In this document: positions 34,599 to 43,199 of the stretch, piece by piece
Layout of the letters: every line of letters starts with the position of its first letter
How positions within the stretch are numbered: position 1 is the first letter of the stretch
From: Rhodospirillales bacterium
GTDB taxonomy: Bacteria > Pseudomonadota > Alphaproteobacteria > BOG-932 > Roseiterribacteraceae
Length of the DNA: 64,000 nt
Assembly: GCA_028291365.1 (NCBI GenBank)
Contig: JAQGIE010000088.1
Coordinates: 3,000-66,999, forward strand
Direction: 5' to 3'
The notes under the pieces: model-generated
What the model was told of the DNA's origin: nothing
What the model saw: the letters and a program-made list of their open reading frames with translations, nothing else
Database searches by the model: none
Program-made: the position numbers and the translations under genes

Positions 34599-36161
34599 AT
34601 GCGCACCAGCAAACTCGTCGCTCTCGGCCTGCTTCTCGCCTCGACGACAGCGTGGGGCGCACCGCCGCCCGATCTCGACGCCACGGTGGCGAAGGCGATG
34701 GCGGCGTTCGACGTGCCGGGCGCGGCGGTCTCGATCGTCGAAGACGGCAAGATCGTGCTGACCAAGGGCTATGGCGTGCGCGGCCTCGGCGACAAGCGGC
34801 CGGTCGACGAGAACACGCTGTTCGCGATCGGCAGCTGCAGCAAGGCCTTTACCGCGGCGCTGGTCGCGACCTTGGTCGACCAGGGCAAGATGTCGTGGGA
34901 CGACAAGATCATCGATCGCGTCCCGGAATTCCGCCTGCCGGACGCCTATGCCGCGTCGACCGCGACGGTGAAGGATGCGCTCGCCCATCGCACCGGGCTC
35001 GGCCAGGGCGAAGGCGACATGCTGATGTTCCCGCAGTCGAAGCTGACGCGGCTCGAGCTGTTGAAGCGGGTGCGCTTCATGCCGGTGAAGCTCAGCTTCC
35101 GCGACAAGTTCGCTTACAACAATCTGGGCTTCGTCGCAGCCGGCGAAGCAGCCGCCAACGCGGCCGGCACGAGCTGGGAAAACGCGCTGCGCAGCTATGT
35201 GCTGAAGCCGATCGGCATCGACGGACTCGCGATCACCTCGGCCGAATACGACAAGTCCGACAACAAGGCGCAGCAGCACATGCGGCCGGACGACGTGCTG
35301 CATACCGGCAAGATGCAGCTCATCCCGTCGCAGCCGCTCGACAACGGCGCGCCCGCGGGCGCGCTGTCGCTGTCGGCGGTGCATCTCGCCAAATGGGTCC
35401 AGGTGCAACTCGCCGACGGTGCGCTGCCCGACGGCAAGCGCGTGTGGAGCGAAGCGCGCACGCAGGAGATGCGCACCATCGTCACGCCGACCGGGGCCAT
35501 CTCGCCGACCGGCGAAGGCGGCGCGCCTGCGATGCAGGGCGGCTACGCGCAAGGCTGGAGCATCCGCGAGATCGACGGCCACGTGGTCGTGACGCATGGC
35601 GGCGGCGTGCTCGGCTCGGTCGCGAACGTGGCCTTCATTCCGGACCTGAAGGTCGGCTTCACCGTCACCGTGTCGACCGGCGAGGGCGACGCGCTGGGCG
35701 CGATCTCGCAGACGCTGTTCGATTATTATCTGAAGAAGCCCGCCGTCGATCAGGTCGCCAAGGCGCAGGCGGCGCAGGCAGCGCGCGTCAAGAAAGCGGC
35801 TGAGATCCTGGAAAAGGCCAAGCCGGTTCGCGACGCCAACGCGAAGCCGCCGGCCGACGCCGACAGCTTCGCCGGCACCTGGCGCGACGCCTGGTTCGGC
35901 GACGTCACGGTCGCCAGGAATGGCGCCGGCATGACGGTGAAAGCCGAAGTGGCGGTCGATCTCGGCGGCACGCTCGAGTTCTGGCAGCACGACACCTACA
36001 TCGCGCACTGGACCAACAAGGCGATTCCGGAAGCCTACGTCACCTTCGTGCGCGGCAAGGACGGTTCGGTCGAAAGCATGAAGATGGCGGCGGTATCACC
36101 GATCGCCGATTTCAGCTTCGCGCAGTCCTATCTCGACATGAATTTCAAGCGCGCGAAGTAG
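34599..36161 (+). CDS. secreted serine hydrolase of the class C beta-lactamase / D-aminopeptidase-type family with C-terminal DUF3471-like domain
   Basis: It has a signal peptide, the SxxK motif in FAIGSCSKAFTA, the YxN motif in FAYNNLGF, and the HGG motif in VVTHGGGVLGS. An extra C-terminal domain of about 120 aa follows. Confidence 0.85.
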   Translation: MRTSKLVALGLLLASTTAWGAPPPDLDATVAKAMAAFDVPGAAVSIVEDGKIVLTKGYGVRGLGDKRPVDENTLFAIGSCSKAFTAALVATLVDQGKMSWDDKIIDRVPEFRLPDAYAASTATVKDALAHRTGLGQGEGDMLMFPQSKLTRLELLKRVRFMPVKLSFRDKFAYNNLGFVAAGEAAANAAGTSWENALRSYVLKPIGIDGLAITSAEYDKSDNKAQQHMRPDDVLHTGKMQLIPSQPLDNGAPAGALSLSAVHLAKWVQVQLADGALPDGKRVWSEARTQEMRTIVTPTGAISPTGEGGAPAMQGGYAQGWSIREIDGHVVVTHGGGVLGSVANVAFIPDLKVGFTVTVSTGEGDALGAISQTLFDYYLKKPAVDQVAKAQAAQAARVKKAAEILEKAKPVRDANAKPPADADSFAGTWRDAWFGDVTVARNGAGMTVKAEVAVDLGGTLEFWQHDTYIAHWTNKAIPEAYVTFVRGKDGSVESMKMAAVSPIADFSFAQSYLDMNFKRAK

Positions 36162-36259
36162 GCGCGACCCCGAACCCGAGGCGCAACCCGTTCGTGCGCG
36201 CGAGGAGTCTCGCGCGGCTGCGAGCGCGTGACCAACAAAACGACTGAGTACCGACCGAC

Positions 36260-37267
36260 ATGCAGCTCGACGTCACGATCGAGAAGCTACTCCTCAAAGC
36301 GCCGTTCACCATCTCGGGCTACACCTTCACCGAAGCCGAAACGCTGGTGGTGCGGCTGCGGCAGGACGGGGCGGAAGGGCGCGGCGAGGCGAGCGGCGTG
36401 TACTATCTGCTCGACGAGCCGGCCGGCATGGTCGCGCGCATCGAAGCGGTGCGGCCGGCGATCGAGGCCGGCATCACGCGCGAAGCGTTGCGCTTGCTGC
36501 TGCCGCCCGGCGGCGCGCGCAACGCCGTCGACGCGGCCTTGTGGGAGATCGAGGCACGGCAACGCGGCCAGCCGGTCTGGCGCATCGCGGGCCTGTCCGG
36601 CGTGCGTCCGCTCGTCACCACCTTCACGCTGGGCGCCGAAGATCCGGGCGTGATGGCGCACATCGCCGTCACCAGCTACGCCCAGGCGCGGGCGCTCAAG
36701 CTCAAACTGACCGGCGACGTCGATCTCGACGCCGAGCGGGTTCGCGCGATTCGCACCGCGCGTCCCGAGGTCTGGATCGGCGTCGACGCCAACCAGGGTT
36801 TCACCACGGTCGACCAGATCGAGCGTCTGATGCCGAGCCTGGTCGAGGCGCGCGTGGCGCTGCTCGAACAGCCGCTGCCGCGCGGCAGCGAAGCGCTGCT
36901 CGACGGGTACCGTTCGCCGGTGCCGATCGCGGCCGACGAAAGCGTGCAAGGTCTGAGCGAACTCGAAGCGCTGGCCGGCCGCTTCAATGTCGTGAACATC
37001 AAGCTCGACAAAAGCGGCGGGCTGACCGAAGCGCTGTTGATGGAACGCCAGGCGCGCCGTCTGGGCATGAAGGTGATGGTCGGCGGCATGTTCGGCTCGA
37101 GCTGGGCGATGGCGCCCGCCTTCGTGCTGGGCCAGCTTTGCGATCACGTCGATCTCGATGCGCCGCTGGTGCTGGCCGAGGATCGCAATCCGGGCGTCAC
37201 CTATATCGACGGCGAGGTGATGTCGGACGATGACGTCTGGGGTGCGCCGGTCCGCGTGGCTGCATGA
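36260..37267 (+). CDS. dipeptide epimerase (L-Ala-D/L-Glu epimerase-like), enolase superfamily
   Basis: KxK in RALKLKLTG. Metal ligands are in GVDANQGF, LEQPL and IAADES. The second catalytic Lys is in VNIKLDKSGG. Confidence 0.85.
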   Translation: MQLDVTIEKLLLKAPFTISGYTFTEAETLVVRLRQDGAEGRGEASGVYYLLDEPAGMVARIEAVRPAIEAGITREALRLLLPPGGARNAVDAALWEIEARQRGQPVWRIAGLSGVRPLVTTFTLGAEDPGVMAHIAVTSYAQARALKLKLTGDVDLDAERVRAIRTARPEVWIGVDANQGFTTVDQIERLMPSLVEARVALLEQPLPRGSEALLDGYRSPVPIAADESVQGLSELEALAGRFNVVNIKLDKSGGLTEALLMERQARRLGMKVMVGGMFGSSWAMAPAFVLGQLCDHVDLDAPLVLAEDRNPGVTYIDGEVMSDDDVWGAPVRVAA

Positions 37268-37280
37268 GCGCAGCGCCGGC

Positions 37281-37961
37281 ATGAGCGCGCGCCCGACGTT
37301 GGGCAGTCTTTTGCGCGGCCTGCGCACGCGTCAACGCTGGACGCTGAAAGAGATGAGCGTGCGTACCGGGATTCCGGTTTCGACCTTGTCGAAGATCGAG
37401 CACGACGTGCTGACCTTGACCTACGACAAGCTGGTGGATCTGAGCGACCGGCTCGATCTGCGCATCTCCGAACTGTTCGCGGAACCGCACGAGACGCCGG
37501 ACATGCCGGCGGTCACGGCGCGGCGCAGCATCGGCCGGACCGAAGACGCCGTGCGGGTGACGACGAGCAACTACGACTATTTCTATCTGTGTCCGGAGCT
37601 GCGCCGCAAACGGATGGTGCCGTACCAGATCGACATCCGCGCCAGGAGCATCGCCGAGTTCGGCGAACTGGTTCGCCATGACGGCGAAGAGTTCCTGCAC
37701 GTGCTCGAAGGCCGGGTCGTGGTCCATACCGAGTTCTACGACGCGATCGAACTCGACCAGGGCGAGTCGCTCTATATCGATTCGGCGATGGGCCACGCCT
37801 ATGTGCTGGCAGCGGGCTGCAAACGTGCGCTCGCGCTCGGCCTCTGTTCGAGCGCCGAGCCAGGGCTCGATGAAGTGCTGCTGAATTTCTACGACGAAGA
37901 TGCGCCGACAATCCCCGCGGCAACGCCCCCGCCGCGCAAGCCGCGCCGCGTAGACGGCTAG
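37281..37961 (+). CDS. XRE-family HTH regulator with C-terminal cupin sensor domain
   Basis: Internal ATG of ORF 37230..37961. HTH: LRGLRTRQRWTLKEMSVRTGIPVSTLSKIEHD. Cupin: GELVRHDGEEFLHVLEGRVVVH...GESLYIDSAMGHAY. Confidence 0.8.
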   Translation: MSARPTLGSLLRGLRTRQRWTLKEMSVRTGIPVSTLSKIEHDVLTLTYDKLVDLSDRLDLRISELFAEPHETPDMPAVTARRSIGRTEDAVRVTTSNYDYFYLCPELRRKRMVPYQIDIRARSIAEFGELVRHDGEEFLHVLEGRVVVHTEFYDAIELDQGESLYIDSAMGHAYVLAAGCKRALALGLCSSAEPGLDEVLLNFYDEDAPTIPAATPPPRKPRRVDG

Positions 37962-38110
37962 CAGGCTGTTGAAAACTGCAGCACGGCTCTCCGGGGATTT
38001 TCTTGATCAGACATCGAAGGTTTTACCGCAGAGAACACAGTCGCTCTGTGGTGAAATCTTACGAACACCATGCCGGCGCGGCTGCGGAAGGATCTTCAAC
38101 AGCCTGCTAG
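37958..38110. repeat. MITE-like element with perfect 16-bp terminal inverted repeats
   Basis: CTAGCAGGCTGTTGAA (37958-37973) and TTCAACAGCCTGCTAG (38095-38110) are perfect reverse complements. The interior shares the CAGAGAACACAG unit with the element at 31.3 kb. The left arm contains the TAG stop of the upstream gene. Confidence 0.6.
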
Positions 38111-38131
38111 AGCGCCTTCTTATTCGATGCG

Positions 38132-38806
38132 CTACGCCTCGCCGGACTCGTCCGGATCGTCGTCGCGATGAATACGTCGCGTGATGTTCTCGATCCCCGG
38201 GCCGGTGCAGACCGACAGCAGACGGCAGCGTGACGTGCCGCCGGCGACATAGGCATGCGCCATGGCGCTGTTGAAATAGATCGAGTCGCCGGTGCCGAGA
38301 GACAGCGGCGCGTAGCACTCGGTGTGCAGGATCAGTTCGCCTTCGAGCACCAGGATGAATTCTTCGCCGGCATGGCGAAGCATCTCGCCGACCTCGGCCA
38401 GGCTTCTCGCCTGAACCTCGACCAGGATCGGCGCCATCTGCTTGTTGAGCAGGTCGTTCGCGAGATAGGCGTGCCGGTACTTTTTCGAGCCGGCGAATTC
38501 GCCGGCACCGGCGCGCGTGATGCTGCGGCGGCCGACCATCAGACTGTCCTGGCGGCTGGGCGCCCGGTTGCTGATGAGCTTGGCGAGATCGACGCCCATG
38601 CTCTGGCTGATGGCGAGCAGCCGGTCGTAGCTCATTCCCATCTTGCCGTTCTCGATTTTCGACAAGGTCGAAATCGGCAGGCCGGTCAGCTTGGCGACGT
38701 CGGTGAGCGTCTTGCCCAACTCCAGCCGCGCCGCCTTGAGCGCGCGGCCCGCGTGATTGTCGCCTCCATCCGGCCCGTCGGTCGGCATGCTGTTCAAATC
38801 CTGCAT
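38132..38806 (-). CDS. XRE-family HTH regulator with cupin domain (paralogue of 37281..37961)
   Basis: 224 aa. HTH: LKAARLELGKTLTDVAKLTGLPISTLSKIENG. Cupin: GEMLRHAGEEFILVLEGELILH...GDSIYFNSAMAHAY. Confidence 0.85.
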   Translation of the reverse strand: MQDLNSMPTDGPDGGDNHAGRALKAARLELGKTLTDVAKLTGLPISTLSKIENGKMGMSYDRLLAISQSMGVDLAKLISNRAPSRQDSLMVGRRSITRAGAGEFAGSKKYRHAYLANDLLNKQMAPILVEVQARSLAEVGEMLRHAGEEFILVLEGELILHTECYAPLSLGTGDSIYFNSAMAHAYVAGGTSRCRLLSVCTGPGIENITRRIHRDDDPDESGEA

Positions 38807-39015
38807 TTTCGCGTCTCAAAGTGCCCGCGCGCGGGGCCGTTGTGAAGCATCGTGAGAGCCGGCACCGCCCCTGCCCGTCCGGATCCGTGCCGGCGACCCC
38901 ATTTCGTGGAAATCGGCTGAAAGGGGCGCGATTTTCGGCTCGACGGGTCGGCCGAAAACGGCTTCAACAGGGGGCCCGCCGCACCCAGCTTCAGCCACCT
39001 TGCCGGGGTCCTTCC

Positions 39016-40029
39016 ATGAATCCCATGCCGCCGCCGACGCCGTTCGCCTTCGAAGCCGCCGACGGATTCTGGTACGCGCGTGCGCTCTGGGTTGCGGCGC
39101 GGCTCCGCCTCGCCGACGCGGTCGGCAGCGAGCCGACGCCCTTGTCCGCAATCGCGCTCGCCACGGGCACGCAGCCCGACGCGGTGCGTCGCCTGCTGCG
39201 TGCGCTTGCGGCGCGCGAAATCTTCGCCGAAGCCGAGCGTGATTGTTTCGTGCACACGCCGTGCTCGGAGCAGCTGCGCAGCGACCATCCGAACTCGCAG
39301 CGTGCCTTTGTCGAATCCGTCATCGGCAACGAGCATTACGAAGCCTGGGGCGAAATCGAAACGACGCTGCGGACCGGCAGGACCGCCTACGAAGTTCGCT
39401 TCGGCATGCCGGCCTTCACGCATTTTTCGCGCGAACCCGACAAAGCCCGCCTGTTCGGCGAGGCGATGACCAGCACCAATCGCGTCGTCGAAGGCGCGGT
39501 GCTCGCCGCCCACGGATTCGCACCGTTCCGTCTCGCCGTCGATATCGGCGGCGGCCATGGCGGTCTGCTGCGTGCGTTGCTGGCGCATCACACAGCGGCG
39601 AAGGGCATGGTCTACGACCTGCCCGACGTCGCCGCCGAATGCATGTCGCGGATCGAGATGGATGGGCTGGGCGATCGGCTCAGCGCGGCAGGCGGCGACT
39701 TCTTTCGCGAAGTACCGGTCGGGGCCGATCTCTACCTGCTGAAATTCATCCTGCATGATTGGGACGATGCGCGCAGCGCCGTGCTGCTCGCCAACATCCG
39801 TCGCGCGATTGCGGCGGACGGGCGGGTCGTGATCGTCGAGATGTTGCTGCCGCCCACGCCGGTGCCGCATCCGGGCTGGATGATGGACCTCAACATGCTG
39901 GCCATGACCGGCGGTCGCGAACGTACCGAAGCCGAATACCGGCACCTGCTGGCGGCGGCCGGGCTTCATCTCGAGTCGGTGACGCCCACCGCATCGCCGG
40001 TCGCGGTGCTGCAGGCGGTTCCGATTTGA
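39016..40029 (+). CDS. class I SAM-dependent O-methyltransferase (COMT/Methyltransf_2 type with N-terminal dimerisation domain)
   Basis: Internal ATG of ORF 38821..40029. SAM motif VDIGGGHGGLLRALL; DLPDV; GGDFF..VP.GADLYLLKFILHDWDD. Confidence 0.85.
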   Translation: MNPMPPPTPFAFEAADGFWYARALWVAARLRLADAVGSEPTPLSAIALATGTQPDAVRRLLRALAAREIFAEAERDCFVHTPCSEQLRSDHPNSQRAFVESVIGNEHYEAWGEIETTLRTGRTAYEVRFGMPAFTHFSREPDKARLFGEAMTSTNRVVEGAVLAAHGFAPFRLAVDIGGGHGGLLRALLAHHTAAKGMVYDLPDVAAECMSRIEMDGLGDRLSAAGGDFFREVPVGADLYLLKFILHDWDDARSAVLLANIRRAIAADGRVVIVEMLLPPTPVPHPGWMMDLNMLAMTGGRERTEAEYRHLLAAAGLHLESVTPTASPVAVLQAVPI

Positions 40030-40053
40030 GAGCTCGCTACGCCTGTCGCTGAC

Positions 40054-40086
40054 GCCCGGCGCGCTCGTCGCGCAAGCGCGCCGGGC
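40054..40086. terminator. GC-rich hairpin between convergent genes (possible bidirectional terminator)
   Basis: 11-bp perfect stem GCCCGGCGCGC / GCGCGCCGGGC (40054-40064 and 40076-40086). No clear U-tract on either side, hence the low confidence. Confidence 0.3.
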
Positions 40087-40105
40087 AACAGCGACGGATC
40101 GTGCC

Positions 40106-40660
40106 TCAGCTCGTCGCGCGGCGACGCAGTAGCAGCAACAGCAGGCCGGCGCCCACCGCGAGCAGCGTCACGCTGGCCGGTTCGGCGACGCGTGCCGCTT
40201 CGAGCTGGCCGCGAATCTCGCCGCCCGGGAAATTGGTGGTGTGCACGTTGGCGTAGGTGTTGCCCGCCTCGATCGCGCTCAGCAGCGCGCCGAACGTGGC
40301 GATCCCGGTCGTGACCGAGTTGGTGAGGTCAGCGGCGGTAAAACTGTGGCTGTAGGTGAACGCGGTCGTGTTGGGCAGGCCGGTAAAGGGAAGGATGATC
40401 GGGCCGGCGACGCCGGGCGGCGCGAAGTGGAGATGCCCCGCCACGCTCGGCGTCGTGAGACCCGACACGCTCAGATCCACACTCACCGTCTCGGCAACCG
40501 TGTCGGCGACGAAGGTGGCGAAGCCGGTCGCCGTGGACGAGGTGGGCGGCACTTCCTCCGCGCCCCTCAGCGTCGCTTGGAAGGTGATGGGTACGGCCGA
40601 AGCCGGAACGGTTGCAAATGACAGCAGCGACGCTGCCAACATCGTATAAAGCGTACGCAT
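40106..40660 (-). CDS. CHRD-domain protein with PEP-CTERM sorting signal
   Basis: It has a signal peptide and CHRD hallmarks (GHLHFAPPGVAGPIILPF; ANVHTTNFPGGEIRGQL). The C-terminus is VAEPASVTLLAVGAGLLLLLLRRRATS, that is a PEP-like motif, a TM segment and a basic tail. Confidence 0.8.
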   Translation of the reverse strand: MRTLYTMLAASLLSFATVPASAVPITFQATLRGAEEVPPTSSTATGFATFVADTVAETVSVDLSVSGLTTPSVAGHLHFAPPGVAGPIILPFTGLPNTTAFTYSHSFTAADLTNSVTTGIATFGALLSAIEAGNTYANVHTTNFPGGEIRGQLEAARVAEPASVTLLAVGAGLLLLLLRRRATS

Positions 40661-41165
40661 CGACCGTCTCCTCGAGTTCGAGAGAACGCAGAAAAGGCGG
40701 GCAAGACACGTGCCGATGGCGGCGGCGTGCGGGTCTGCTGCGCGACTGATTCAGCGCACCGATGCGATTGTCAAAAATCGCGACGACGGACGTACAAAGC
40801 ATGCGGGCGCTGCGCCGATCGCGCTTCATCTACTTTGGTTTCGCCCGACGCCGCACGCGTGCGCGGGCGTGCGGTTCGTCACTCGCAGTCGGGCTGCTGT
40901 CCCAGGCACTTGTTCGGAGCAGCGCGGGCCGCAATTGACGATGCGCCCGTCATCTTCGACGGTCGCCCATCGAATCCACGCGCGAACTGCAACGCCGCGC
41001 TGGCGAACGTCGGAAACGAACCGGCGGATCGGGAGAATCGTCCGCCCGCCTTACAGCGCTGGACGAAAGGCGACACAAGCTGGCGTGCAACGCGCCGATT
41101 GCCTGCTGTGGTCTCGCACTTGCGTGCATTCAAACGAGGGATGCTTTTCGCCAACGGAGGTCACC

Positions 41166-41768
41166 ATGCAGACCGTTCGGCACGCATTGCGCATCGCCGC
41201 CCTGCTCGTGGCTGCATCCCTGTCCGCATTCCCGGCCGACGCCTCCTTGATCGCGGTCGACTCTTCCTTCGGGCCGCGCACGATCGTTCTGGATACGGCA
41301 ACCGGGTTGAACTGGCTCACGCCGCGCGTCTCGCAGAACATGTCCACCGACGCGGTGATCGCGGCGATGGCGGCGGGCCAGCCATTCGAGGGCTGGCGCT
41401 ATCCGAGCCTGTCGGAATTCTGCGGACTGACCACCGATGCAGGGTTGAGTCCGCCCTGCTGGGGCATGTCGCCGGATCCGACCAATCTGCTGGTGTTCAT
41501 CGACCTGTTCGGCCCGACCGTGCCGGCGCCCAACATCATCATCGGCCTGTTCGCGCCTGAACCGGAAAACCAGATCATTCGCGGTGCGATATTTTACGGC
41601 GACCAGCTAGGGATGGACGTGCAGGGCGTCTTTTTCCCGCGCGCGGGGTTTGCCAACGAAGGCACCTTCCTGGTTCAGAATGCCATTCCAGAACCCGCGG
41701 ATCTTCTCCTGCTGGCGACGGCGCTCGCCCTGCTGGCGCTTGCGCGAAGAGCTGCGCGCGAGGCGTAA
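41166..41768 (+). CDS. PEP-CTERM protein with DUF1566 (Lcl C-terminal)-like domain
   Basis: ATG after GGAGG, internal to ORF 40710..41768. It has a signal peptide, TGLNWL...EGWRYPSLSEF, and the C-terminal IPEPADLLLLATALALLALARRAAREA. Confidence 0.7.
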   Translation: MQTVRHALRIAALLVAASLSAFPADASLIAVDSSFGPRTIVLDTATGLNWLTPRVSQNMSTDAVIAAMAAGQPFEGWRYPSLSEFCGLTTDAGLSPPCWGMSPDPTNLLVFIDLFGPTVPAPNIIIGLFAPEPENQIIRGAIFYGDQLGMDVQGVFFPRAGFANEGTFLVQNAIPEPADLLLLATALALLALARRAAREA

Positions 41769-42059
41769 GCGGCGCACCCGACACGCCGTCGGCGATGCGA
41801 CGCAGTGATGAGCGTCGAACCTGTCGCAGCGGCGCGAGATGCGCCGCCGTCGCCGCGTCGTGCTGTACTTCATCCCAGCCGTGACTCGCGGTGGTGCTGC
41901 AAATTGCAGCCCCGTACTGGCGAACGTCGCCGAAAGAACCGGCGGAAAACTGCGGAGAATCGCCGCGCGTTTTTGTGTGCGCTGCAGCAACCAAATCGGA
42001 TGCCAGCGGTTCATCGTACACCAGCGTCCCTCCGGCCGCTGCACGAAGGACTTCTCCCT

Positions 42060-43178
42060 ATGTCAGGCTTGGCCCGTACGATCTCGCGTCTCAGCGCCCT
42101 GCGCGCCTTGCGTGGTAACAACGCGATCGACCTCGGCGGCGAGGATCACCTGTCCGACCTCGTCGCGTTCGGCAGCAACCCTGGAGCGTTACGCGCACGC
42201 ACTTACGTGCCGCGCGGATTGAGCGAAGGTGCCCCATTGGTCGTGGTGCTGCATGGCTGCACGCAGAATGCGGCCGCCTATGATCGCGGCGCCGGCTGGT
42301 CGCGGCTGGCCGACCGTGCCGGCTTCGCCCTGCTCTTTCCCGAGCAGCAGCGCGCCAACAATCCCCATCTCTGTTTCAACTGGTTCGAGCCGGGCGACAT
42401 ACGGCGCGATGCGGGCGAGATTCTGTCGATCCGGCAGATGATCGCGAAGTTCGTCGCCGACCACGCGCTCGATCGGCGCCGCATCTTCGTCACGGGCCTG
42501 TCTGCAGGCGGTGCCATGGCGTGCGCGCTGCTTGCGACCTCGCCCGATCTGTTCGCCGGCGGCGCCATCATCGCCGGCCTGCCCTATGGCAGTGCTGCAT
42601 CGATTCCCGAGGCGTTCGAGCGTATGCGTGGCCAGGGCATGCCGTCGCCCCGCGAACTCGAAGCACGCGTGCGCAACGCGGCACCCCGGGGCGCCCGCTG
42701 GCCGACGCTTTCGATATGGCACGGCAGCGCCGACGCCGTGGTGCATCCGTCGAATGTCGACGCGATCCTCGACCAGTGGCGTGGGCTGCACGGCCTGGAT
42801 GCGGCACCGACGCGTACGGACGTCGTCGATTCGTATCCGCGCCGTGTCTGGTGCGGCGACGACGGTCGCGTGCGCATCGAAGAAATCATCGTCAGCGGCA
42901 TGGGCCACGGCACGCCGATCGATGCCAGCGGCGGCGATGCTGCCGCCGGTGCGTTCATGCTCGATGCCGGCATTTCGTCCACCGAGCACATCGCGCGGTT
43001 TTGGGGTCTGCTGCCGATGGCGACCGCAACCGCGACTGCGACAGCCAAGCCGGACCGTGCCGCGTCGGCGGCACGTCCGCGTCTGGCGGTCGCTGCCCGC
43101 GTCGCACCGCCCGCCGCCGGTGGTGAGGTCGGTCAGGTCATCGAACGTGCGCTGCGCGCGGCCGGTCTGATGCGCTGA
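42060..43178 (+). CDS. PHB-depolymerase-family esterase (LpqC-like alpha/beta hydrolase)
   Basis: Internal ATG after AAGGA in ORF 41805..43178. It has PLVVVLHGCTQNAAAYDRGAGW, NPHLCFNWF, the nucleophile elbow VTGLSAGGAM, and SIWHGSADAVV. An alternative start is at 42000. Confidence 0.8.
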   Translation: MSGLARTISRLSALRALRGNNAIDLGGEDHLSDLVAFGSNPGALRARTYVPRGLSEGAPLVVVLHGCTQNAAAYDRGAGWSRLADRAGFALLFPEQQRANNPHLCFNWFEPGDIRRDAGEILSIRQMIAKFVADHALDRRRIFVTGLSAGGAMACALLATSPDLFAGGAIIAGLPYGSAASIPEAFERMRGQGMPSPRELEARVRNAAPRGARWPTLSIWHGSADAVVHPSNVDAILDQWRGLHGLDAAPTRTDVVDSYPRRVWCGDDGRVRIEEIIVSGMGHGTPIDASGGDAAAGAFMLDAGISSTEHIARFWGLLPMATATATATAKPDRAASAARPRLAVAARVAPPAAGGEVGQVIERALRAAGLMR

Positions 43179-43199
43179 CCCTCTGGTCCGTCGCGCACG

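Noticed and set aside
32229-36008. 1259-aa minus-strand ORF
   Set aside because: It is antisense to the TonB-dependent receptor and the serine hydrolase, both of which have unmistakable motifs on the plus strand. Its composition is Arg/Ala/Gly dominated.
40710-41165. Long N-terminal extension of the PEP-CTERM protein ORF (start at 40710), plus minus-strand ORFs in the 505-bp spacer
   Set aside because: The extension is Arg/Cys-rich and precedes a clean GGAGG-ATG-signal-peptide start at 41166. The spacer ORFs have no coding signature.
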